Shown piece by piece: positions 31,901-46,200 of a stretch of DNA of 64,000 bases (positions are counted from its first letter, which is position 1; the number at the start of each line of letters is the position of its first letter). The notes beneath the pieces are model-generated. The model was not told where the DNA came from, searched no databases, and saw only the letters and a list, made by a program, of their open reading frames with translations. This DNA is from Paraspadella gotoi (lineage: Eukaryota; Animalia; Chaetognatha), in the NCBI GenBank assembly GCA_051294375.1, contig CM119264.1, positions 28,810,696 to 28,874,695 of the forward strand, in the 5' to 3' direction. A program made the translations under genes and the position numbers.

Positions 31901-34900
31901 ATGATGCTGCCGTTGAATTTCTCACGCTGTTCAATGTTGCAGATGCTGTTTCTGTTGCTGATACTGTCGTTGCTGCTCTTGATGATCCCGACGCAGTTGC
32001 TGAAGCTGTTGATGCGATTGCTGATGTTGGTGATGAAGCTATAGCGAACCTCCTTTTAAATAAAAAATCCTCAAATTACAAATAAAAAATCCTCAAAATA
32101 CAAATGATTAAAATAAAAACAAATTAATTAATTAATTAATTAATTAAAATAATGAAAAAAATCCTCCTTTGCTCTTTTTTTTTCTCTAGTGGATCCCAGA
32201 GCCACCGCCAGAGACGAAGAAGAAAAAGAAAAAGGACAACAGAAAGAAAAACCTTTTGGCGGGATTCGGCGCCACATCCTTTTTCAAAGAGGTACATACA
32301 TACATACATACATACATACATACATACATACATACATACATACATACATACATACATACATACATACATACAGTTATTAATAATAATATATATTTAACGA
32401 CGACGACGACGACGACGATGATGATGATGAATGATGGTGATGATGATGATGATGATGATGACAACAACGACAATACGCAGTCGACATTTTATTAGCATTC
32501 CATTTCCCTTTTATTGAAAGTTTTTTCTCTGCGAAAGCCACCTCTTTTTTACTACATACCATTTATAAAATGGTAGTATTTTAAAGTTATTTTAGCTTCG
32601 CACTTTTTTTTCGTTTTGTGTTTAATTTTAGTTTAATTTTAGTTTATTATCCTTTCATTTTTTTCTTTTTTTAACTTCTATTAACTTTCCTAAAAAAAAA
32701 ATCACCGATTTCCATTACACAATCGACGCCAGCAGCAGAAGGGCGCACCCACTTCCCGCACCGGAAGTCGACGCCCGAACCGTCGAAATCGTTGCGCCGC
32801 GCATCAGCCCCGCCCACCCGTCACGTCGAAAACGGCGGCGCCGACGCCGGCCGAATCCGTGCCGACGAATCCCGACGGCGAAAGTGGTGCTGTCGGGTCG
32901 GCGATCAGCACCCGGGATTTGATCAAAATGCAGACGGCGAAAGCAGCGGAAGTCAGAATGAAAAAAGAAGAAGATGAGGTTGAGAATGAAGTGTCTCTAG
33001 CCAATCAAATTGGCGTCTGTCCAGCCATTCAAAATGTCTTCTAACCAATCAGTTTGTCCTCTAGACAATCAGATTGTCATCTGTCCAGCCAATCAAATTG
33101 TCCTCTAACCAATCATATTGTCCTCTAACCTATTAAATTGCCATCGGTCCAGCACATAAAATTGTGCTCTAACCTGAAAAATTGTCGTCTGTCAAGCCAA
33201 TTAGATTGTCCTCTAACTAATAAAATGGTTGTCTACCCAGTCAATCAAATAGTCATTGAGCCAATTTATTTGTTGTCTTTACAGCCATTCAGAATTACCT
33301 AGAAAATTGTCGACTGACCTGCCAATCAAATTGTCGTCAGTCTAGCCCAAATTATCATTGTCTGTCTAGCAAACCAATCGGTCGTCCATCCAGCCAATCA
33401 AATCGTCATCCGTCTAGCAAATCAAATTGAACTCCGTCCTACCCTTCATATCATCGTCAATCCAGAAACCAATCCGTCGTCTGTCCAGTTAATCAAATTT
33501 TCATCCGTCTAGAAAATAATATTGTCTGTCTAGCATATTAAATCGTCTGTCAATTTACGTTTAACTGTCTGTCTAGTCAATCAAATCGGGCGTTTCCCAC
33601 GTCTGGATTTTCCCCCAAAACGCTTAAATTTGCTCCGATTAAGAAATGAGGTTAAACGGGGTCGTTGTCACGATGACCTTCTTACTTACGCTGACATGAA
33701 ATAACAAGGGCGAAAGTTTAAGATGTCAAAAATCATTCATTCGTTTTATTTACCTTATGTTCATTTCTTTTTAAACTTTTCAACCCTCCAAATTTTTTTA
33801 AATTTTTTTCATAATTAACTCCATCCAGGGGCCGGGGCGTGTAAAGGAAAGACAGCCTACACCAAACCGAGGGGGCCTGAGCTCCAGCCGAGGGCCGGGA
33901 CGGGGTATTTGAACCCAAAAAAATATGCATTTAAATTTTTTTTAAATAAAAATTGTGTAAAGACTTTCGATATTCGTTGTTTTAATAATTAGGAGAAAAA
34001 CAATGTGATTTGTTTTGGCAACGAATTGCTTTGTTTTTCTCCTAAATAAAAATTTTAAAAGTAGAAAAAAGTTAATTGAGTATATCTAACATTGATAAGC
34101 ATTAGACTACCCAGTATCGAGGCCTGATAAGCTTATAACAGAAAAAATAACGTAGGATTGCTAGTGCCTGATGTGGCAGAATGTCGATTTAAATCATATA
34201 AAATTATATTATTTTGCCTTTACCCATACAACGACTTTCTGGGGTGGATAATATTTTTTTTTCTGAAGGTACCTGCCATTTCTCTACACGCCCCTTGACC
34301 TCAGAGATCCTCGTGTGTCACTTATAATGTTTAACGTCGTGAAGGAAAAAAGAAAAACTTGAGACGAGAAAATAGAATTAGTGAAATAAATGTTGTCATA
34401 AATGAGCCATATTTTCCGAAAACGACCCATTGGGGCTTAAATGCAGAATTATAGTTGTTTTTTTTTTTTTAAGTTTTAAGGTTAGTTTTAAAATTATGGA
34501 CGATGTCAGGGATTTGTTTAGGTTTTAGGTTAGGGATTAGAGTTTGGATTAGGGATTAATAGAAGAGATTAAGGTTAGATATTAGAGTTAAAATAAAGTT
34601 TAAAGATTAAGAACAGATATAGAGTGCTTTCGAAAAAAAAAATGTTCCATAAATTTAACGACGTTTAACTTTTCTAACTTTCTTTTTGTCTCCAGGACAG
34701 CGAAGACGATCCCACCGCCGACAAAGAAGGAGCAAAGTTCGATCCGTTTCCCGGTTCTGCCTTCATGAAGTCTTTCAAGAGGAGAGATGGAGAGGAGACA
34801 AAGAAGACGAGACATGGAGGCATGGAGGACAAGGAGGCCAAGGACAAGGAGGTCAAGGACAAGGAAGTCAAGGACAAGGAGGCCAAGGACAAGGAGGCCA

Positions 34901-35205
34901 AGGACAAGGGGAGGAGAGGAAGAGAAAGAGGAGATGGGAAGAGGAGGTCTTCTCCTTCTCGACCAGAGTAAATCAAAGATATCGTTTGTTCGTTTGTTTG
35001 GTACAAATTTTTATTTTGTTTTGTTCGTTAATTATGATTAGTAACTGAAGAGGGATCGAACGCAAAATTATATAATCATGTTTAATTTCTCATGAAATTC
35101 TTATAGATTTTTAAGGAAATAAATAAATAAATCAATCAATCCATCAATCAATCAATCAATCAATCAATCCATCAATCAAATCAATCATAAATAAATAATA
35201 AATAA

Positions 35206-35241
<36 letters not shown>

Positions 35242-35321
35242 AAATAAATAAAAATAAAAATAAATAAAAATAATAATCAATCAATCAATCAATAATAATA
35301 AATAAATAAATAAATAAATAA

Positions 35322-35369
<48 letters not shown>

Positions 35370-35370
35370 A

Positions 35371-35433
<63 letters not shown>

Positions 35434-35440
35434 TAAATCG

Positions 35441-35471
<31 letters not shown>

Positions 35472-35600
35472 TTTTTTTCCGACTGCTCTCTTATTTTTCC
35501 TTTTTAAATCCCCCAAAGGAGCCAATCGTCTTCTCACCACGCGCGCCGCCACAGTCTTCGTCGTCAAAGGTCGCGTTCGTCACCGAAGCGGACGAAAGCA

Positions 35601-35638
<38 letters not shown>

Positions 35639-36140
35639 TGAAACCGAGGCCAACGACGCAAAGGCGAAAAACGTCAAGTTCGATGAAAGCGTCGCAGCCA
35701 AAGAAGAAAAGATCGAGAAAATGGCGGAAGAATTGGATTTAGAATACGAGCATCCACCGCCTGATGAGTGCGTAGTTTGGATGCTGGCCAGGTGAGGGCC
35801 TGTTGAGTTGAAGAATTAGATTTAGAATACGAGCATCCACCGCCTGATGAGTGCGTAGTTTGGATGCTCGCCAGGTGAATTTAATTCGAAATATAGTATC
35901 ATAAATGGTAAGAACTTATCTTTGACATTGTTATATCAGAAATAAGATTTAATAACATAGTTCCGCACAATATGTAAAAGTTAACAGACAGTACCATTGG
36001 GACACACTGTACTTAGGTGACTTTATTTTTCTTCGCAGTCTCGTTCGAAAATCATGCAACGATGACATGGCGAAAAAGGACAACAAAAAATCACTGCGAG
36101 ACGTAAGTCACTCTCTCTCTCTCGTCAGTCTCGTCTCTCT

Positions 36141-36180
<40 letters not shown>

Positions 36181-37690
36181 CTCTCTCTCTTTTCATTTAC
36201 CTCACCCTCCCCTAAAAAATACCATCCTTCAGGTGATCACAAGAAAGTATCGACCCAGAAACCTGTTAGAGAAAATGATGGAAATGGTACATATATTTTT
36301 TTCTCCGCGTGAAAAAGAAAGAAAAAAAAATCACGTCGTTTATGTTGCTCCGTATTTAGCTAAAGAGCGAACGTCCAGTTGTTTTTTTTTTTCAGCTGAC
36401 ACGCGAATAAGTTTTATTTTTAAACTCACGTAAGTTTGACAATATTTTACGTATTATTAGAGCGATAGAACAGTGTGAACTGTGACGCGTATTTTTTTAG
36501 TCGCGATCTTTTTATGTGACTCCCGTGAACCTGATCGTGTGACATTAGATCCGGTGAATTCGCGAGCGAATATTTAATCAAACTTTTTTTCCAAACCTCC
36601 ACTCCTTTTCTCCAAATCCCGCGACCTCAAGTTATCCAGCGAAGCGTTGGACTTCAAGAATCTAACTCAACTCAGCGACGCTAGATACTTGACGCACCTC
36701 GTCAACGCCTTCGTGCCGAAACTCTTCACTCCGGAGATTCTGCTTAATGATAGGTGGTGATGATTGATGACAGATGACGATGCTGATGGTGATGATGAGA
36801 ATGATTGATGATGTCTGATGACGATGCTGATGGTGATGATGAGAATGATTGATGATGTCTGATGATGATAATGATGACGATTACTGAGTGTCAATTTATT
36901 ATGATTATGTTAATAATAATTAATACATGATCACGATAGAAAGGATCACAACCATGGTCGATGAGGACGACGCGAAAGATGACGACGACAAGAAGTCGGG
37001 ATGATTATGCAGTTAATGATATTAATTTTGACAATAAGCTCGTGGATTCAAAGGCCGATGATTTTGACGACGACGACACTGATAAGTGATAACGAATTCG
37101 AATGAAGGCGAAAAGTGAACCGCTTGAACCCAAATCACGTGATCCGATTTGACTCCAGGTGGAGTTTGAACCTCGGGCTCCGGACTCTCGAGAGGATCTT
37201 GAGGATCGAGACTCAGATGGATTCCGAGGATCTGGTCGAGGTATGCTCGATGAGTTCGACGAGTTTAATCTCTTGAAGGTCTTTTTCCGAGGGGTTTTGG
37301 GAGAATTAACTGGGTCCTTATTACCTTTATTACGGCCTTTGGCCTTTGGCTTTTGGCACTTTTTTCAAACGCAATTTGGTCAGTTTAGCAGTTTTGATTT
37401 AAAAATTAGAGGTAAGGTTAGAGATTAAGTAAGGGATTAGGTATTATGGTTAGCGATTTAGGTTAGGGATTAGTATCATATTAGTAACATTTAAACTAAT
37501 TTACCAAATAAAATGAACGACTTCAGAGTGCAATTCTGTTTGTTCCATTTTTTCTTCGTCATGGGATTTAACGAGAATTCGAAAAAGGAGCAAAGGTCGC
37601 ATTCCTTACTATTCGTGATAAGAGGTGACACCCATGTTAAGTAATAAAAACGGAGTGTGTCTACTAACGCCAGACGAAGTCCGAGAGAGA

Positions 37691-37788
<98 letters not shown>

Positions 37789-38591
37789 CGGTCGTAAAAG
37801 TGAGCATCGGTTAAGTGGGTCATGAAACGAAGCCTTTGTTCTCAATTTCCTTCTTAATCTTCTTAATCTCTGAAAATGAATTAAATTATACATTAATTTT
37901 ATTACAAACCATATGTCTTCATTATGGCCAAAGTTGCTGCTCAGTTTTTTTTGGAAAAAAAACACTATTTTTTTAAAGCAAAAATTAATCCTCGTTTGCA
38001 AAATTAGGGGCCAACCCAGATCCTGAATGAAACACAGAGCATTCACTTCACTGCGACCGAACTCACTCCTGTCACTTAATTTCTCATTTCTTCCTTTTTC
38101 TGTGAATAAGAATAAAAATATGAATATGAACAATTGAATATTAATATGAATAAAAATACGAGTAAAAATACGGATATTAACGAAAAGAGTCTTTCTCTCT
38201 CCCCAGGCCCGCCCTCTGTAGAATTTCTCAAATTTCAGAACCGCGATAGAAAAAGTAAATGACGTCATGACGTGATGTTCTCAATCTCGTTGGGAAACTC
38301 GATCCAAACCAGGAAACCGGGCGTAGACCTTTCTCTCGAAACCCCAACTCACCGTTTTTCCCTTGACCTTCCCCTTTTCTTAATCCTGCTTTCTATTTGT
38401 TACATATGCTCTTCGCCCCCTGGACCGCCAGGATCTTGAGCCGGCTTAAAGGTCCGGCCTCCCGCGAAGCAGAAACCGCAAAAACATAAACATTAAACCA
38501 ACGGCGTTTATTAGAATAAAAACGAAAGATGACTTCTTTACCCTCTACTCTCTACTCTCCTTCTCTCTCTACTCCTCGCTCTCTCTCTCTC

Positions 38592-38623
<32 letters not shown>

Positions 38624-39028
38624 CTCTCTCTCTCACAGTGTGACATCATATCCGTGTGCGCCTATTCGACCGATGCTCCTTTGTCAGGGATTCAAGTTCG
38701 CTCAGCACTGCGCCGTCGTGAGGCGCGTCGATCGTATCGAGACTAACATCCGGGAGCTGCGGCGCCACCTCAACAAGCTGCCCGCTGAACCGGATACGCT
38801 GCAGGACTTGAGACGAAAGAAGGAACTGACGATGGGAATCGAAAATTATAAAAACGGTGAGAGGGGGAAAGGTCGGTCGATTGGGCCGAGTTTCTTTTTT
38901 TGAGGGGTGGAGAATCTGGATATTGGTTGTGAATTTTTTTTAGAAAGATGATTCTAGTGGAAAGGGGGGGGGGAGTAATTTTGTTAATTTGTTAATTTTG
39001 TTAATTTGTTAATTTGTTAATTTTGTTA

Positions 39029-39104
<76 letters not shown>

Positions 39105-42100
39105 AACAAACAAAGGAAGAATGAAAGAAAGATAGATCGATAAATAGATCTATAAATAGATAAAAAATTATGAAAATAATAAAAGAAAGTAAGAAAGAAA
39201 GCCAGAAAAAAAAAAAGGAATTTTAACGCGAAATCAATATCCACGGGTTTGACGTCAATGTAAAAATGTGTGAAGCGATCAAAAAGTGAAATTCCTTTAG
39301 ATCCTGTGAATCTCATTCAGAACTCGGCGCCCTCTGCCTCCGATTCGACGTGAACTTTTGCCGAATGTGGGCCGCTCACGCCAAGGAGGTTCACAAGGAG
39401 ACTCACTCCGTCATCCGCGTCGCCATGGAGACCAAATTCACGACGCTGGTGATGCCGAGGACTCTCTCCATCAACGAGCTTTGCCTAGCTTTCTCCATCA
39501 ATTTGGTGAGCGGGGTCTCGTCGTGTCGTTGTGATATAAATCAGGCTTTCGCTGTGATTCTGATTTTCGGGTGATCTAGGCTCTGACTGGAGGGACGGGC
39601 TTTTCTCACGCCTACAAACCGACTCTGGTTCCGGGAGACAAAAGAATCGTTTTGAGAGAGAAAAAGTCTGGAACCTTCATCGAAAACTTTACCTCGACAA
39701 ATCCGATGCAGGGTAAGTCTGGGTGAGTTAGAGCCGGAGTTAGAATGGAAATTATGATATGAATTATTCTTAATGTAATAATAAATATATGCTTTATCGT
39801 AATAATTATTTACTATTTTAAAAATAATTAATAAAATTTGGGTTTAATTACGTTTTTGAAATTATTTATTTAAAAATCAATTATCAATAATCAATTATAC
39901 TTCGTAAGAACTAAAATTGAATTAAAAGAAGAGAAAAATATTTAAGTCATTCAAAACAATCAAGATTTTATTCTAATCAAATCAATCAAATCAATCAATC
40001 GATCGAAATCGAATCTCTTCCACCTTTCCCTTCTACAGTCCCACAGGTTCGCTCAGTCCTGAGTCTTCCATCGGACGAAGTAGCTCAACTCGACCCCAGA
40101 AAATTTCCTCAGTTTGAAATTTTCGTGGAAACGAATTCTCGGAATCAAATTCTCAAATCGGGAATTCTATTCCTCTATCAGATATTTCCAGGTCAGGACG
40201 GTTTTTTATGCAGTTAAGACAGGACAGAAAACAAAAAGGCGGGGCAACGGCGATAATAAATTATTAGAAATCGTATAAATTATGCAAATTATTAGAATTT
40301 ATCCAAATTACAAATTATTACAAAAAATCAAACTTTTGATTTTGATTTTGATATTTCTAGGTTCGAGCGCAGCGTGGCACCGCGTGCTGCTGCGAGCTGC
40401 AGAGCAGAACGACCTCGGCGTCGTCGTCAAGATGATCAGCTTCTTCAAGACGTTCGACGCTTCCTTCATCAACGCCCGCGACCAGAAGAACGGCGACGCC
40501 GCGTTGCACATTGCCTGCAGGATCGGCAACTACGTCAGTTTCTTACAATAATTGCAGTGGAATATAATCTAATCTTTAAGAAAGTTAACATCTGCTCTCT
40601 GAACGGTCCAAAAAACCTTTGTTTTTGAACTCTGCACGCAGCAACGAGTATAAATATCGAATAAAATAAATTATTAATTATTAATATCAACTTTTTGTAA
40701 GGAATTCAAATATTGTTTTAAAATATACTTATTTTTTATTTATGATTATTTATAAAGATATGCTAGCTTCTTATAATACATAAAATTGAAAAAAATTTGC
40801 TTACCAAAATAAATTCATAGGTCTTTATTTTCATACTTTGAATGCTGAATATTAATTTAACACTATTTCATTGTAGGGCATCGCCAATTACCTTCTGGAA
40901 ATGGGAGCCGATCCTAACTGCAAAAACAAACTCGGAAACACTCCGCTTTTTTCTGCGGTTGAAGCTGGAAACAGACACGTTGCCAAGGTGATTTGTTTTG
41001 TTTTTTTTATTTTTAGCGACTTCGATCTTAATGTCTCTTTTTATAAAAAATTCAGAATTCGCCTAAATCCGATATTGATGTGAATCTAAAAATAACCCGC
41101 GTGAGTAGGCGAACGACGTCGGCGCGGAATTGAATGTTTAATTTACATAAAACCAGAAAATAACATGTTGACGTTTCGGTTATAAACTAACTTTTGAAAA
41201 TAAAGAGGCTACTCGCCGATTAAGTATGGATATTGTATAACAAGGCATGTTCTTCATTTTGTTTGTAAAAGATATATTATAAAAAAGAAATGACACGACT
41301 ACTTTAAAAAATTTAAAAATTGTTATCACTCCTCCAGTTGCTGATGGAGTGGGGGGCGGACCTTCACTCCCGGAATCACAAATCACAGACGCCAATGTCA
41401 ATCGTCAAAAGTGGGGAACTCAGGAAATTCGTCAACTGTGAGCACCGAAGTTGTCGTTATCGTTGTAGTTATTGTTGGAGCCGGAACTGTGTATCAGGCT
41501 CATAAAATAGCTAAAAAGTTACATCAGAAGTTACAGTAGAACTAATGAAACGTAACAGCAAAATAATAAAATAAAACTCCTAAGGGAACCAAATTAAAAA
41601 ATATAACAAATAATTTAAAACACTACAATATGCAAATAATATTGAAGAACTCCATCTCGTTTAAAATAAGTTACTCTGCTACACACATCGCCGTTTAGAT
41701 TTTCTAACTTACCAGCTTCTTGAAAAAACTTCCCTCACTCACCCGGCATTTTTCAGCGGTGTGCGATTACTTAAAGTTCATCATCCCGCGCATCAAATCT
41801 GGAGACACGAAACTTCTCGAAACTGTCATCGCTGATCATTTCGAGGGCAAGAAACAGTTCTTCAATCTCAGCAGCAGGTGGGCGTCTTGGCAGACGGGAT
41901 CGCGTAACGAACAAAAAGGCAAATCTGGGCAAAAATATAGTTACACTGCTCTCATACACTCCATACTATGTGCCTTTTTTACTCGCTGGCACATGGACAA
42001 TGGTAGTGTTAAATTACATTACCTGGTCGGTCTCACTTTTTTTTTTCTCCGTGAAAAATCGCTGTTTCCTCTTTTTCCTCTTCAGATGCATCAGCGGCAG

Positions 42101-43135
42101 CACCTTCCTCCACACGGCCGCCTACTACGGCGCCACCCCCGTCGTTGAGAATCTGCTCGAGAACGGCCTCGACGTCGACCTGCTGGACTTCAGAGGGGCC
42201 ACGCCTCTGCACAGGCGAGTCGATATTTAGCGAGCGGGAACGAATCTGATTGGCTGAATAACTGACGAATGAAATTCTGGGTTCGACTTCAGAGCCAGAA
42301 CCTCCTCCATCGCTCAAATCCTGTTGGAACACGGGGCAGAAGTCAATGCCAAAGACGACGACGGAAACACGCCGTTGCACGTTCTCTGCTACAGCGACAT
42401 CAGCAGAAGCTCGTTGCTGCCTTGCATCGAGTTGCTCGTCCGAAGCGGCGCCAACAAAAAAGCCAGGAATAACAAGGTTTTGGTTTTTTGGCGGGAAAAT
42501 TTTGGACCTGGGGGGTTCTTTCATTCATTCATTCATTCATTCATTCATTCATTCATTCATTCATTCATTCATTCATTCATTCATTATTTCATTCTTCTAT
42601 TCATTCATTGTTACTTTCTTTCTTCATTTATTTATCAATTTAATCATTCACTCATTCATACATTCAATAATTTAATGATTCATTGATTCATCCATTTATC
42701 AATTCATTAATTAATCCATTCATTCATTTATCTATTTATGCAATAATAAATACATTCATTATAAGAAGTAAGAGTATTTAAAGGTCGACTATTAATATCA
42801 TATTAATATCATATTAATATCCCAACGTCTTAAATCCGCAGCATCTGTTGCCACTGCACTGCTGCGCCCTGCAGGGCCGCCGCGACGCCATGGAGCTTTT
42901 CCTCGCGATGGACGCCGCCGACCGCGCCCTCTCCGATTTGTTGGCCGACGAAAGGAGTGACGTTTCGCCGCTGTCGACGATGAGGACGACGACGGCCGAA
43001 CCGCGACGGTAAACACGACGATGAGATGATTTTTTTTTTTTTGGAGGACAAACAAAAAAATGTCAAGTTTTTTCTTTGCTCTGAGAGATTATGTTGAAAG
43101 ATTTGAGTGGGCAGTTGGGGAGGGAGGGAGGGAGG

Positions 43136-43221
<86 letters not shown>

Positions 43222-46200
43222 GGCGGTGGATAAAGAAATGTAAAAATATTCTACCGGTCTATTAAGAAAGCTTTTTTGATTAGCAAATCGATTTTAGGAT
43301 AACCCTGTATTTCTTTTGATCTCTCTTCGATTTAAGCGACGTTCACGTTCCCGCATCTCTCGTTCACATGGCCGTCTCACGCAATCACGTCGAATGCGCG
43401 GCTTGGCTAATCCAAAAAGGATTTTGTTTTAAGAAAACAGAAGCGAATGGACTTTTTAAAGATGTTATCTTGGATAACGTTACGGTCGGTTTATATTTCA
43501 CTTGTCTTAAATTTAAATTTAAATTCAAACATACACTCGAGGATTTCGCAAAAAATAGCATGAGAATACTTATTAATAAAATTTTTAGAGTACTTTCCCC
43601 CCCTCCTAAAAAAAAATTAAAGAATTAATTACTAGAATTTTTAACATCGGATGACAGGTTTTAATGAAACTCCATGATCAGTTGTTTTCAATGCCCCAAG
43701 ACAAGATTTATCTTATTTGTTTATTTTTTACTTAGATCTTTTATCTTATTTGTTATTTTTTACTTAAATCTTTTATCTTATTTGTTTATTTTTTACTTAA
43801 ATCTTATATCTTATTTGTTTATTTTTGACCGCAGCGACCTCTTTAAAGATTATCGACGCCATTGCATTAATCGACTTTCAGGTGGAGGATCGACTTTTGG
43901 TAGTTCAATTTTTAATCGATCACGGAGCCGACGTCAACGCTAAGATTTTAGGCGACTGTGTGTGAGTATTACATACTATATTATATACTATATAATAGGG
44001 TGGAGTGATGAAAAGATTGAGCGATGGAACAATGCTTTTTTGCTGCCTTTGTATAAATAATTAAGCCCCTTTTCAAAAAAAAATTTTATAACAGTATCAT
44101 TAATTGAATTTTTTTTAAAATAATATCCTCATAAAATTATAAAATTTCAAAATCAAATTTTTTTTAATTTTAAGAACAGTTTCGGATTCGCTGGGAAAAA
44201 CTGAAAAACTTTTGTAAAATATGTTACATAATATTTTTAGGTTAAAGCTGCGAAAAATTACCAAAATGTTTCATCATATAATAGTTTCTATTACAAAATG
44301 TAAAAAAGTTGAGAATTTGACCTTTTTTTCCTTTTTTGACGCTGAAGACATTGAAATTTTTAATAACATATTTTATATTTTTCATCTAACTTTTTATGAA
44401 GAATCAGAATCTTTAATAAAAATTTTTAAAAATTATTTTGAAAATTTATAATTTATAAGAATATTACTATAAATATATTGTAATTAATGATACTGTTCCC
44501 CGAACAATATAAGCAAAATATTTTTTGTACTCCTTAATCATACTATCTTACATCTAAATATCCTTGTTTGTTTACTCAAATAAAATTTATGTTCCCCAGT
44601 TCTCCACTCTACTATATAAACACTACATAAACTAGATTGTTGTCTCGTAAGAGGGATGGAGGCCTAAACCGACCATATCGTGTCCAAAGTTAGGGGCGAG
44701 ATAGCTTATTTATTGGATGAATGGATAATTTTGCATTGGTAGTACCAATTTCATTCATGATTATTTTTAAAATAAATTTATATTTTTCAAAATAGAGGCC
44801 ATTTATTAATAACACTTATCTAAAAACCTCACCTAAAATGGCGACAAAAATGACAAAATTGAATGATGAATTAGTCAGTTTCGGTAAAGATGACATGAAA
44901 CATGAATAACCTTTTTTTTAATTGCCAATGTTAACATTAACGGCAAACTATAGTAAGGTCAGTACTTGTGACACCAAAATTTAAAAAATTTTAAAATGTT
45001 CAAGTGTCAATAAGCCTCAATATTTAAAGGATTTAAAAGAATAAACAAAAAATATAAAAGAAAATCTCAAAATGACTGAAATGACAGCAAAATCGACGGA
45101 AAAGAAAAATAATAAATATCAAACAAAATTACCTAAAATGCTAAACCTAAATGAAAGAATGTAACCTAGCTTTAGCCAAAAGCACCCCATTTTTATTTTA
45201 TTGCATCTGGTTTTTAAAGCGCCCTGCACCTGGTGGCGGCGGATGCGGACGAAACGGAGTTACTGGAGGTGCTGCTGCGGGAAGGAGCAGACGTCAACAT
45301 CCTCAACGAAGATCATTGCTCCCCGCTCTTTTTCTCTTGTCAGGTGAACGAAAAAAAATTTCTTGCAATATCAAATAGCCATCTTTCTGCAGGAATTCAT
45401 TTAATAATTTTTTTTTTAACTGTAGAACAACAACCTATTTGCGTCTAAACTGCTTCTGGAACACGGGGCCGATTACAGAATCAAAAGCATGCAAGGTAGG
45501 CCGAAAAAAATTTAATCAATCATTCACTCGATCGATAGAACAATTGATTAATCCAATTAAACGTTCCGTCACCAGGTTTGACGGCTTTCGACTTAATAAG
45601 AAACTACGATGACTGGATCAACAGCGGAATATTTCAGGAAGACGCGACGAGCGTGCTCAAGGGTGAGTGCGTTTTCCAGCAAAAGGTAAGTAACTAAGTA
45701 TCTTCTTCTCACTCGCACCTTACCTTCCCTTCTTCAGGTTTCAGTCTCAAACATATGCGAAATTCCATCCGGCGTCTCTCGCAACACGTGCGCGCGCTTC
45801 CGCCGGCGCACAACGTCGGCCCCGCCCACCTGATCGCTGTTCCCAATTTCGGCGCCGCTCAGTCGACGAGCGGTTCCAACGACGGCGGGCGTGCCCCGGC
45901 GCCCAGCGAGACCAAGAGTCCTCGGCCCAGCGTCCCGACCGAGAGCGTCATCGCCAAACGGGCCAAGTTGCCGCCGCGTCGCGCGAGTCCGGATCGAGGC
46001 GGACAAAGGTTTCCCGCCATTTTACATTCGCAGTCGTCGAGGGGACGATTGCAAGGGTAGGTTAATTAGTAAATTTCGGTTAATATTTGAGTTAAAAAAA
46101 AAAAAAATTACGCAGCGTCGCCATTGCTTGGTTTTAAGCTATAGCAGTGCAAAAAAGTGTTGCAGTGTAACCACTGAAGTCTGAATCTATTTCCTACAAG

